Below, piece after piece: positions 50,255 through 63,411 of a stretch of 64,000 bases of DNA. The stretch is from Gordius albopunctatus. Its lineage: Eukaryota. The DNA lies in NCBI GenBank assembly GCA_964276515.1, contig OZ193909.1, positions 20,708,001 through 20,772,000 on the forward strand. Direction: 5' to 3'. A model generated the notes under the pieces. The model was not told where the DNA came from. It did not search any database and worked only from the letters and a program-made list of their open reading frames with translations. The position numbers and the translations under genes were made by a program. Within the stretch, counting starts at the first letter, position 1, and every line of letters starts with the position of its first letter.

Positions 50255-53200
50255 TGTTGTATACTGCAACTGCACCATGCGCGTCTGTATACTGCACCAT
50301 GCGCGTTTATTCAAAATATGTTTATTCAAATGATGTTCATTATCAAGTCACTATCACGCAATCACCCCACCATCACGCGATCACCCTACCACCACGCGAT
50401 CTGACCCTATATATACAAAATTTCTATTATTTATTTAGACTTTTACGTGTTTGGTAGTTAAGATTCCAAAATAAATAGATTAAGTCTCATCAAATGGCGG
50501 TCGGCTTCTTCCCTTACTTTCCACCCATATAGTCCTTCTGATAATATAGACCTGTATATTTCGCAATTTAATCATTATCATCTAGTAGTTGGCGGCGATA
50601 AGAAATCCCTTTTCTTGACGGTATGCGGGTCGGATAATTACGAACTACTGATCAATCTTCTTTCTTCTTCGGACCCGTTACAAAAGACGTTCGATGAAAT
50701 AGTGTCCACCTTGAAAAGTTTTTTCGCTCCCTCTCTGAGTGCTATTGTCCACAGATATAAATTCCACAAATGCGTACAAATAGAAGGTGAAAATATTGAT
50801 GCCTTTGCTGCTAAACTGAAAGGTATATCTATCAATTGCAACTTTGGAGCCTCTCTCGAAGAAAATCTAAGGGATCGGTTCGTTGCGGGGTTACATAATA
50901 ATAAGATTGTGGAGCGACTATTGATTATAGATAATCTGACATGGCAAGGGGCATTAGATATTGCGAGATCAATGGAACGGGCAAGATTCTAAAGCCATAT
51001 GTTGACCCAACAATTGGAACCCGTTCATACAGTGACTAACAAACACCCAGCATCAAATATGAAATGTTTCGCATGTGGGGGTAACCACCTTCGATTCAAT
51101 TGTAAATTCCGTTTTGAGACGTGTTATAAATGTCATACCCAAGGCCATATCGGAAAGATATGCCGTGTCAAACAGGTTTCCTCATTAGATTATTTCCATT
51201 TAAAAGACTCGTTGCGGTCATGCTATGCTTTGAAGGTAAATGACCGTATTTTAAATTTTGAAATTGACACCGGTTCAGCAGTCACCTTAATTAATTCTCT
51301 CAATGGGGCCCACCTTACATCTCAACCGTGTTGTACCGAGTTAAAGGGTTATGATGGTTCGTCTATACCGCTAAAGGGATCGGCAAGAGTAATCGTGCAA
51401 GAAGAGGACACAAACCACCAACTCTTGCTTTACGTCGCTGATGGGAACGGGCAAAACATTTTGGGAAGAGACTGGTTAAGGATATTTCCACACATATTAC
51501 GTCAGCTAGCTAGGATTGGGAGCAAAACAAACCCTACAGGTGTGGATGGGTTTTATCGCTTGTGGACTTAGGACACTTGCGTTTTTCAGAACAAGATTGT
51601 AATGGTCTTCATAACATCCGGTTCCAACATGAACACATCACGCAATCTAGCGTCAGTGGTAATGCCAGAAACCGGAACATTATAGGTCTTGATTAATCTT
51701 GCATCTCCAAACGTAAGTTCCTTTCGTCTTAGCCAACATTTCTATTTATAAATTTCATTTTCAACAATTGCTAACACATATAGTTTGATGACGCCTGCCA
51801 GGGTTCGGAACAGAATACAGGGTATGCCATTACGATGGTCTCTACTATTGCCACCTCACCGAAAGCTAAATTATTCCCGCCAGACATTTGCCCAATTGGG
51901 ATTTCAAACTCTACAAAGTAATAATGACCGCCCTGAACTTTGTATTGCTATAACTTCTCGTAATTTTAATGCGTAATATTTTTAATTTACGGCTTATTAC
52001 CATATAAATTGTGCGTTATTACATTTAGTAGTCTTTCTTTAAATTTATTCTAAACTACAAAACCGTGTGGAATAATCAAGTATGATTACCCTATTTTGTG
52101 TGACCTGGTATAGATAGGTATGCCATCGCGATAAGGTATTGTTGGACATGTGTTGAAATGATCCTTTAATTAGATTACGGAATGCGGATTGTCCCCTATA
52201 CAATAATATTCCCGGTCTCGACTCTATAAGAATCATGAAAAACGCCTTGTACTCGTTCTACAACCTCTACTTGTCATCGTGTTGCCTAAGGATCGCTCCA
52301 AAATTTCTTAAAAATAGACAGGAAATAATCAACCCCGACTCTCATACCTTGGCAAAATGGTCTACCCCTTAAATGGGATTTTACCTGCATAGACATTTTC
52401 GCCCTCTAACCAGAACTACAATGCTATGACACTCGCCGAACACAGCAAAACGGTAAAATACAAGGCCCCCCTACCCTCTAATATCTTTACCCCTATCTTT
52501 GCCTCGTGTTCTAGGACTTTTGGTCCTGACGCCATCAATCTTTTTAAAGATATCAGCCGTCGCTGTCCGCCCTCTAAATGTTCCACAAATTTTTTACTTA
52601 AACAAAAAATGGTATCTTTATCGCAGAGTATAATTTTAAATCCTTGACCGACATCTGGCCACTTATATTAGATGACACATACGATGCTTTTTAATTATAT
52701 TTTTTTTTATTTTGTTTTATACCCGCTCTTGTATTTCTCGAATTTTGACACTTCGTTTTTATAATGTTCTTACCTTCAAATAAACAATATTATAATTTAA
52801 AAAAAAGTTAGGCACGCATATTAATATTAAATAGAATGCCGACAGCTATTTTATGTAGTGTTGTATTTTAAGTTTCTATCACATTTATTGCTTAAAGCAA
52901 ATCTTATATATAAAAATGAAACTGTGTGTCTGTATCAGAGGTAAGATTTGTTTGAATTTTTCTGTCCGAACCCGGCCCGATTTTATATTTAATCTGCTCG
53001 CCCGAGCCCGCCCGAACCCTTCTATATGTCCGCCCGGCAATGCCCGAATTATCCTAGCTGTCCGAAATGGTGTGTTTTAAAAATTTTAGCACTAATATCG
53101 TTATATTTTTTAAAAATTTTATCTTAATTTTTGATTTATTTTTAAATGAGAACTAGGATTAACAAACATTATGAAATCAATTAAAAAAGTGGCAAAATAT

Positions 53201-56200
53201 ACACAAAAACAATATAATACATTGTTTTATAAAGAAAATTGGGCCCGAATAGCCTAAATCTTGCGCGCCCGGGCCCGCCCGAAAGTTAAAATTCAGGACA
53301 GTTCCCCGTGGGCCTGTCGGGCAGGGGGCAGGCCAGGCAAATCTGGTCTCTGGTGTGTATGAAATAAATTGGGAGGGGTAATCGGGTATGAAGCAAAGCT
53401 TAAATTAAAAAATGAGTTGTGTCCACGTTTTTTCCGCCCTAGACCTATTCCCTATATGTTAAAACCTAAAATTGACGAAGAATTAGATAGGTTAGTTAAA
53501 GAAGGTATCTTAAAACCAATAAAATATGCTGAACATGCTGCTCCTATTGTAACTGTTATTAAAAATAACGGAAGCATCCGTATTTGCGGCGACTTCCGTG
53601 ATTTAAACAAGCACCTCTTAATTGAAAAATATCCTTTGCCACGAATTCAAGATATATTTGCTCAACTAGGCGATTTTAAATATTTTAGCGTTTTGGACCT
53701 CAAGGATGCCTATTTCCAAATAAAAGTTAACGAAAATTCTCAAAACCTGTTAGCAATTAATACGCATAGGGGCCTTTTTAAATATACTAAATTACCTTTT
53801 GGCATAGCCTCGGCCCCAGCTATTTTTCAAAGATTTATGGATTCATTATTTAGAAATAATAAGGGAATAGTAGTTTACCTAGATGACATTATCATAGCTG
53901 GTAAGACAGTAGAGGACCATAATCAAAAATTGGAAAAGGTTTTTAAAGAATTGGAAAAATCAGGCCTAAAACTAAAATTAGGCAAGTGTAAATTTTTGGG
54001 AAAAAAAGTGGAATATTTAGGACATACCATTAGTAAAGACGGAATTTTTACCACTGACAAGAATACTAAAGCAATTTTAGCAGCACCAGCCCCAACTAAA
54101 ATAAAAGAATTACAATCTTTTTTAGGTATAGCAACATACTACGCGAAATTCATAAAAAATTTCTCTTCTTTAGCACAACCTCTTTATAAACTGCTAAGGA
54201 AAACAGTAGCTTGGAATTGGTCCATAGACTGTACAAATGCATTCAATGACATTAAAAAAGCCATTATCAAGGCCCCGATATTAAAACATTTTGACCCCGA
54301 GTTACCGCTAATACTCTCAACGGATGCTTCATCTGAGGGACTCGGTGCAGTACTTTCCCACGAAATTAAAGGTTATCAGCACCCTATTGCTTTTGCGTCC
54401 CGCACCCTTAACGCTGCTGAAAGAAATTATAGCCAAATTGAAAAAGAAGCTTTAGCCATCATTTATGCTTTTAATAAATTTAAGGAATATTTATATGGCC
54501 TCCATTTTACCTTACTTACAGATCACAAACCATTAATATCAATATTCAACCCTAATAAAAACATATCACAAGGCATGTCAGCAAGACTTCGGAAATGGAC
54601 CTTGTTAACAACACCTTATCATTATACCATAAAATACAAAATTGGGAAGCAAAATACACAAGCTGATATGTTATCCACGCTTCCGATACAATATGAAGAA
54701 ACGCTAAAACAAGGATAAGAAGATGATATACACACCATTTATGAAGAACCATTCCAACTTTTCCCCATTACATCCGCCGACATAGAGCGTCATACTCGTA
54801 AAGATCCTATCCTGGGACAAGTCTATAACTATGTACTCCATGGCTGACCGAAGAAAGTTACTCTAGATCTAGTAGTTTACCAACAACGGCAAAGAGAACT
54901 CACCACCTTAAAAGGCTGCATATTTTGGGGATACAGAATTATTATTCCTCAAGGATTAAGGCAAACCATTTTGAAACTAATCCACTTAGGACACCCAGGC
55001 ATGAGTCGTTCAAAAATTTTGGCTCGTCAACATCTCTGGTATCCAGGTATTGATAAAGATATAGAAGGTTATGTTCAAAACTGTGCGGATTGTCAACAAT
55101 GGTTTACTGGCACAACCGAATTAGCAACGCAAAAATGGGAAAACCCGGGAAAACCATGGTCTAGATTACATGCCGATTTTTGCGGACCAATTTATGGGTA
55201 TTATTACCTAATTGTAATTGACGCCTACAGTAAATGGCCCGAGGTGATCCCTATGACAACGATAACAACATCAAGCACTATTAACGCTCTCGAAGCTATT
55301 TTCTCAAGGTTCGGAGTACCTAGCACCCTGGCTACAGACAATGGGCCTCAATTTACAAGCACCGAATTTAAAACATACTGCAAAACAAATAACATTCGTA
55401 ACGCATATTCCAGCCCGTATCATCCTCGATCCAACGGAGAAGCTGAACGTTTTGTTCGAACATTTAAGGAGTTCTTGAACAAAACTAATAATTTTAAAAA
55501 CGATAAATTATATAACTTTCTGTTTTCTTATAGGAATACCATTCACCCAACAACTGGATTAACTCCAGCCAATCTATTAATCAAAATACAACCAATCGGT
55601 CCATTAAATTTACTCAAACAACATGTAACTGTTCTTGACAAAGACGAGTTGGCACCCATCAAACGGAAATTTATAATTGGAGATAGAGTGTGGGTTAGAA
55701 CTTTCACAACTAATGATAAATTATGGGCAACGGGAAAAATAGTAAAAATCTTAGGCCCTGTATCATACATGGTAGAAATGGATAATGGAGCATTATGCAA
55801 GAGACATGGTGATCATATTAGAAAATCTTTAGATGACGCAAACACGCTAAACGATGAGGATCGATGGGCTGACATTTCACACGCAATACCGGGTGATCTA
55901 CCACAACATGAACCCAGTGATTTACTTGACGCCACCATCCCGCAACAGCCTAACCTACCACATTATGGAGCTAGCGATAATATGCTAGTTTCCATTCCAC
56001 CCCTGCCCTCACCTCTACCCCCTCGTACGGACTCCCCTCATTCACCTATACCCTCACCCGAAATAACGGTCCGGCGATCTACACGAATCCGAAAACCTAT
56101 AGAAAGATACGGAATAACATAAGGGGGTAGGAGATGTTGTATACTGCAACTGCATCATGCACGTCTGTATACTACACCATGCGCGTTTATTCAAATTATG

Positions 56201-56372
56201 TTTATTCAAATGATATTCATTATCAAGTCACTATCACGCAATCCCCCCACCATCACGCGATTACCTTACCACCACGCGATCTGACCCTATATATACAAAA
56301 TTTCTATTACTTATTTAGACTTTTACGTGTTTGGTAGTTAAGATTCCAAAATAAATAGATTAAGTCTCATCA
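50255..56372 (+). mobile_element. Ty3/Gypsy LTR retrotransposon carrying a foreign 1.8-kb insert
   Basis: 238-bp TG..CA LTRs at 50255-50492 and 56135-56372; TSD ataac; PBS-like TGGCG; PPT aagggggtaggaga; CCHC knuckles, IDTGS, YLDD, TDAS, HADFCGP, TDNGPQF. Confidence 0.95.
51536..53360 (+). repeat. Inverted copy of 35186-37010 (viral pol end + RH exons + CRE tail + MITE)
   Basis: acaggtgtggatggg... through ...tggtgtgtat is the reverse complement of 37010-35186 with few differences. Confidence 0.95.
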
Positions 56373-58692
56373 ATAACTACAACAATGATTCTTTAGCTGT
56401 CGCAGAGGGGCGGAAAACTAATAAATACAAAGCCCTATTATCCTCAAACATTTTTATTCCATTGGTTGCTTCGTGTTGAGGCACCTTTGGCAAACAGGCC
56501 TTAGCCTTTTTTAAAGAGGTAGGAAGACGTTCTCCCCCGTCTAAACATCCGGTATCCTTTTTACTTAAACAACGACTTGGTATTCTTATAGCCAAGTACA
56601 ATTTTAAATCGTTCGCGGATTCTTGGCCAATTTTGGAAGATCCCCTCGATGATGATATATTAGAATAGTGTATTATTTTATTTGACGCATTTTGTCTTTT
56701 ATATTTTATGTATTTATATTATATTACTATAAAAAAAAACTACACAATATATCAGCAAAACATGATAACAATGAGACCCTATTTCAATAAAGCTTAGTTG
56801 GCGGCAAATGATATACCTAAAGTTTCTCAGCTGATGTAAGCAGAATTGTAGTTTGCCCAAATAAGTAAAAAACGGAACGCGCTAAAATATGTTCAGGCGC
56901 AAAAATAAAACAGATTTTCAGGGCGAGTTTGGGTTTTATAGAAGTTCGAAAAGGCCATTTGCCAGAATCGTGATTTTGTAGTAGGATCAAAAAATGTTTT
57001 TAGCACCTTTAATAAAAAAAACTAACCTGTGGCAATTTACAAATTTAATAATTCTTTGGGTATGTACTAATTTATTTGGCAGTATATTTATATAAGCAAA
57101 ATGTGTAAAGCAAAGCAATAAAAAATTTGATGTTAAGTACTTTGCTTTATTTATTTATATTTTGTATTTAGTGTGTTAATTCTTCCTACTTTAAGTTTGT
57201 GAATTATTTCCCATTGGACAATTATATTTTAATCGCTCATTATATGATCGAGATATAACGATGAGCGTGCACATCACTTATAGTATATTCTAAAAATAAT
57301 GTATATAGCAAAACAACGTTTGCCGGGTCAGCTAGTAATATATAAATTTTTGGGATGTTTAAAACTCTTTCATATCGCATTTACATCACTCTCATTTTTT
57401 ATTAGTAGTATAATGGGTCTTATTAGCTCCACATGACATAAGCAATTTATCTGTTTGTAGCAAAAATTAAATTTGTCAATTTAAATAGACATGAAGGTAT
57501 CGCCATAAATTATTTTGTATTGGCAAGCACACCTAAATTAAATTATGTGTCAGCTTCAATAAAAGTGATTGCAAAGCAGTGGAATTATATAAATTGTTCA
57601 AACTTTTAGGAATGGTAAACCATTCGAGATATAAATCATTTGAGAGGAATAAATGCAAAAGACACCTTAAACTTTATAAATTGAATAATTTTTCATCTGG
57701 AGGTAAGTCAAAAAAGTATTTGCGAAAAAGATCAAAATGTTCGGGATCGTTCATACAAATAAAAATAAATTCTATTATTAAATATAATCTCCTCTAAAGT
57801 CTGGAAAATTAAAAAAAAGCTCTTGCTTATTAATGAATAGATTTAAAAGTATATATTCGCAATTTAAACATAATTTGCTGCCTTATTTCTATAGTAACGA
57901 AATTTGAATAAAGTATTATGAATATAGTGCTTTATATAAATTGTCAAATAAATTACTTGAGTATCATCTTATTTAGTTACTCGTGAAAAATTATAACTAG
58001 TAGTCGAAGTTCTTAGCGTGAAAGTAACTGTATATTAACAAGTTCCTTTAGAGAAGGGTGGTTTTTGTATGCTACTTCTAGTTTCATTTGAATTAATTCA
58101 CGTCACATCACCCTACTTTTCAAGTCTAATTTATTTTTTAGAAAATCTTTGGGGGATCTCTTTGAGATTAAACGTTTTAGAAGTAGCAGGAGGAGCACCA
58201 TCTGAGTGTACTCTAGCAAAGATCGCAAAGACTTAAGAAAAGAGATACACACTTCACTTTTCGATTTTTATATATGTAAAACTATTAGTTTTCCCTTTGT
58301 CTCGATATATATATATATATATATATATATTATTTATTCTATTCACGTTTCGATTAATACACCCAAGGCTAAACGCCAAAGGCTGCCCAAAAAATTAACC
58401 CAAAACGCTTTGGGTGTTTTTAACAAAAAAGCCAAACTCTCATATAACAATAAACATTCGAATTCATGGTAACTCTCATTGCGTGATTCTTTTTCTCTCA
58501 ATGGCCTGCGTTCGCCTACCAATCATCTTTCGAGGTAAATCAACTCTAGGTTTATCATCTCCACTACATAAACGAGGAAAGTTCGAAAGTTATCTCACAT
58601 ATTAGATTTGTATATAATGCAGACAAAACAGCTTTATTCTATAAAAGTTTGGCTACATTGCATATGAAGACACTGATAAATATTATAAAGAA

Positions 58693-60960
58693 CTAGCTGA
58701 CCCAGCAAACGTTGTTTTGCTATATATATTATTTCTAGAAAATACTATAAGCGATGTGCATGCTCATCCTTATGCCTCGATTATATAATGAATGATTAAA
58801 ATATAATTGTCCTATGGGAAATAATTCACGAATTTAATGTAGGAAGAATTATTAACACGCTAAATATAAACACAAAAAGCAAAGTACTTAACATCAAATT
58901 TTTTATTGCTTTGCTTTACACATTTTGCCATATAAATATACTGTCAAATAAATTAATACATGCCTAAAGAATTATTTAATTTGTAAATTGCCACAGGTTT
59001 TTTTTTATTAAAGGTGTAAAAAACTTTTTTTGGCCCTACCGCAAAATCACGATTCTGGCAAATGGCCATTTTCGAACTTCAATCAAAACCCCAACGCCCC
59101 CTTGAAATTCTGTTTTATTTTTGCGCCTGAACATATTTTAGCGCGTCCAGCTTTTCACTTATTTGGGCAAACTAAAATTCAGCTTACATCTGCTTACAAA
59201 CTTTAGGTATATCATTGGCCGCCAACTGAGCTTTATTGCAATAGAGTCTCATTGTTATCATGTTTAGCTGATATATTGTGTAGTTTAAGCCAACAGGTAC
59301 TATTATAGACGTAGCCCGACCCTCTACCCTCAATTTGCCCTCCGTTAATTTTTACTATTGCTTAAATTGTATAGGAAATTAATGCTCCTATACGAAGAAG
59401 AGCCTAATAAGGCCACACAAAGACAGCAAGTAGACAGGGGTTTAAGGGGCACAGCCCCTTGAGTAAGGTTTAGAGGGGCAGCCCCAACCGGGGTACATGG
59501 GTGAAGCCCTTTGTTTGAATCTTCTTCTTTATCAGTTATTTGGTCCCACGGTCGTGGGGTTTGTTTTGATAAGTTTCTTGCATCTTGACCGGGTGAGTGC
59601 CATGTCTTGTCTACTCTTTAGTTTTCATAACTTTATCGCCTTGCCCGTTCCATGTGACACGGGTTCGTCCTCTTCCTCTCTTGTACGGCACCTCTATGTC
59701 GAGTACTTTCGATTTAGGTCATTCGTGTCCCCCTTAGTATATGTTCATACCACCTTAACCGATTTTCGTTAATCATGTCCGCCATAGGTTGAATATTCAT
59801 TTTTGTCATGAGAAAGTCATTCTTCATATGGTCGAGCTTAGTTTACGCCAAGCTTCACCGCAGAATTCTCCTCTCTGTGGCTTTTATAAGTCACCCTTCC
59901 CGGGTGTTTAATGCGGATGCTTAATAATCAATTTTTAATTCCTTAAATAATCTATTATCATAATGTCAAGTTCGACAAAAAATAAGGTTTTTTTAAACTC
60001 ACTTTGTTGTTCACATGTATTCCATCTTTATTTAGTTATTTTAATAACCCACAGTCCAGGTTTAAGATGATCCATAATGACCACTGTCATACGTTAATTT
60101 GTATGAGTAGTACGGCCCGAGGCGAAAAGCCATTTTTTGCCCCGAATCGAGCCCGGAGCAACATCATTAATCTCGCTTATTTCCGAAACATGCGAATATT
60201 CCCTAACTTCCTAAGCAAATCCTCTTTTTTGTTTAAAATATGCCTAGATATACAGCATTAAAAACTGAGATATTATGAGGGGTCGTAAAAAAGCATTGCC
60301 CACAAACCTTACTTTGGTCAATAAGCTATCAGTGTACTCAGATAATTCATAAAAACTTAAAGCAACCGGTAGGAGTTAGGGGCGGAGTCCTTCTTAGAGG
60401 TCCTAAGAACTGAGATATATCAACATTTATTGGCACTTTGTTAAAAGTATTTTCATTTTTCTCCTTATTTAACGCGCAAAAAATGACAAAATTAGATTTT
60501 TAATTTATTTAGCCACACAGGAGGGGACACGACCGTCCTATAATAATAATAATTGACGTGAATTATTTTAAATTTTCTACAAATTTATATAATTTTATGT
60601 TTTATATTTAATTTTACTCAATATTTCTCTGTTTTTGTTTCAATTTAGTCTTTAAATTTGTATGTCTTGTGTTTCAATTCTCTAAAAAAATATCTGTTTG
60701 CGGAAGAATACATTGACAACACGATAGATACGCATACGCAGTATACGTCATGAGGTGGCGTTTGAGTGACATTTTAGTAAACGTCAAAACGTATAAAACT
60801 AAATAACTTGACCATCTTAAGACTTAGAAATTTGGAATATAATGTAAAACCTATCCTCAGACCTACCAATCATTCGCAGAAAGTTTCATCTAAATCGGTC
60901 CAGTCGTTTCGAAGGAGTCTAAGAACAAACATCGTTTCACGAGAATTTTATAGATATAGA
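58693..60960 (-). mobile_element. Non-autonomous Helitron, copy 2 (uninterrupted), with an RTE 3' fragment
   Basis: A|TCTATATC 5' end at 60960; gctgggtcagCTAG|T 3' end at 58693; RTE fragment at about 59520-59915. Confidence 0.88.
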
Positions 60961-61086
60961 TAAGCAAATTAAACTATCATAAATAAACATTATTATTTTT
61001 TCATAAGGACTAGTTATGGTAGTCATTAGAATTTTTGATAGTGATTATTAGAAATTTGTTAAGAAAATGCTACCCCAGCTTAATTA

Positions 61087-62306
61087 TGTAGGCAAACAAA
61101 TTACAGTTACCTTGGAAGAGATTTGGTTGTAATACGCACAAGGTAGAAATAGAAAGAATACACACATATTATTTGATGTTGTCATTATCTTCTTTCTATG
61201 ACTGCTTGTCACCTAGGCTGGTGGTCAGTCCTTTCAGCATTCGTTTCTATTTGTTTCTATTCTATTGCTATATAAACTCGACTTTTATAGTTTCACTATT
61301 CAGTTTTGCTTTTTCTCCTCAATAAATTATATTCCAACACCACTCCATTCTTCGAAATCCCAGATGGTTAAAAAGGGGTCTGGGGTTGACCTATCTTTTC
61401 TAATGTCCTATTTAGAACAGATAAAACTTCTGTTAGTTCTTTAGGGTATGCATCAGTGGAGTGTTTTTTTGAGTTATGAATGTTATTAACATAGTTATTT
61501 TTTGGCCAGCATGATGCGGTCGGCTGTTTCCGTCAATTTTTCAAGTGCAGTATCTTCAGTACACGAGACTAATATGGGGATGAGTTCACACGGCAATTTG
61601 TTGAGCCAGAGTTCCTTTAGAATCTTTTGGTCAAAAACGTATTTTCCCACTAAACTCTTCATGTACCGTAAAAGCTGAGATGGGGATCTATCCCCTAAAT
61701 CTACTACCGTTAGAAATTCCATCAATCTTGATTCATCTGAGACCCTCTTGATAAGTGCTTGTTTGAGTTTTTGAAATGGTTGATCAGGTGGGATCTTAAT
61801 GATTAAATCCTCCAACTCTTCGGCGATTTTGGGGGGTAACGTTTCAAGAATGTACCCAAATTTTGCTTTTTCGTAAGTAATTCTTCTTGCGTGAAATACG
61901 GCCTCTGCCTGGGCCAGCCAAATTCTAACATTTCTGCGATAAAATGTGGTTATTTTCAGCTGGATAGTTGCTTCACATTCCTGTTTATCTGTAAAATTAT
62001 CCATTTAGAACCCCCCTTTTAAATCAATAATAGTTAGGGAAAAAATGATTGTTTGCGAGCAATAACTAATTAATTTATGAGATTGTTGTGGGAAAAAAGA
62101 ACGGGGTCACCATTTATAGTGAGAGGGGTTGGAATATAATTTATTGATGAGAAAAAGCAACACCGAATGGTGATACTATAAATGTCGAGTTTATATAGCA
62201 TAGATAATGACAACATTCAAATGATGTGTGTGTATTCTTTCTATTTCTAACTTGTGCGTATTACAACCAAATCTCTTCCAAGGTAACTGTAATTTGTTTC
62301 CTTACA
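61087..62306 (-). mobile_element. Gypsy gag fragment between two inverted LTR copies
   Basis: gag 61495-62004 is similar to 9412-10230; PBS TGGTGACCCCG at 62102-62112; LTR at about 62115-62306 (minus) and a homologous copy at 61087-about 61345 (plus) containing an about 75-nt RTE tail. Confidence 0.75.
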
Positions 62307-63411
62307 CTTATAATATAAATTAAAAATTTCTTACGCTGATCGATGTTTACAAATAAATAGATTGAAAATTGTAACTAAATTTATGGGGAATTTACAATAA
62401 TTTTATTTAAACGTTAGCACTCAAACGGTTCAAATTGTAGTAAATTTATCTAAATGCTAATATCCTCTTAAATAGTATAATATGATATTTGTAATTTATA
62501 TCAGATCTTATTATCGAATCGAAACAGATTCACAATATTCTCATTTATTCCGCCAAGTAAAAGCGTAAAGCACAAACTAGACAATTGACTTTGATATCCA
62601 AATTTGCTAAAGATTTTAAAATTTATGGATTGTAACTGTAACTTAATTACAGTTACAATTCCTTTAGCAATTAAAGTAACTAATTACATTTATTTATTGT
62701 GAAAAAGGGGACTAGTTCCAGTAACTATTTACATGTAGCTTGTTACTTAACAGCTCCACTATTAATAAACGTTATAACCACTTGATTTTCAATTTGCCGG
62801 TATTGTCTGATTTTGTTTTAGGATAAGGCGCTCCATCACTTCTAGCAAATTATTGACAAGGCTCGCATGTAAAAAATCTTATTATTGTATTTCATAATTA
62901 AAAATTATTTTTGCATACATTATATTTAAATTTGTGCTAATTTTGTATCTTTAACCATTATTTAACAGGTCAAAGAGTGACATAGCCACGAAATATTTAT
63001 TAGTAGTCTTATTATTTTAAGTTGTTTAGAATTTAAAATAAAATCCTCTTACTCACCATTACGTTAGTTAGGCTTGAAGTCTCAAATATTTTATTGTACT
63101 ATAAACCTAAATTCAAACTGAAATCCAATAAATCTATTATAATAAACAGACAATCAGGGTTTTTTATTAAAAAGATATGCGTCACAATTTATGAAATAAA
63201 TTTAAAACAACATGAATGGAAAAACATTGTTGACGTCTATATTGTAACTGGAATATGAATGCAAAACAATCAACATAATGATTATTGTATAATTATGGCT
63301 AAGTTACTGAAAAGAGTTCAAGTAAATAGTAGTTACAAGTATAAATATATCGATAAATTTTATATTTATAATAGGTGGGTTTTTTCTACATGATTTTCGG
63401 TTCTATAACAT

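Larger units (their letters stand above)
48406..56736 (+). mobile_element. 5'-truncated CRE-clade non-LTR retrotransposon (RT + restriction-like endonuclease), interrupted by Gypsy
   Basis: SAAGLDG, RPVAIG, KLDFANAFNS, GIQQGDPLGP, WYLDD, CxxC..H..HC, RHN, RPDG, WDFTCID. The ORF resumes at 56378; A-rich tail at 56731. Confidence 0.85.
47012..57335 (+). mobile_element. Non-autonomous Helitron, copy 1 (split by nested CRE and Gypsy)
   Basis: Inserted in the A^T of aaaatca|taatata (empty site at 14533); ends gccgggtcagCTAG. 47012-48405 plus 56737-57335 match 58693-60960 in reverse. Confidence 0.85.

Noticed and set aside
3247..57335. Uni-strand piRNA cluster suggested by TE orientation bias (mostly minus before 23 kb, mostly plus at 30-57 kb)
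   Set aside because: The bias is opposite in the two homologous blocks, the counts are small and nested, and no small-RNA data are available.
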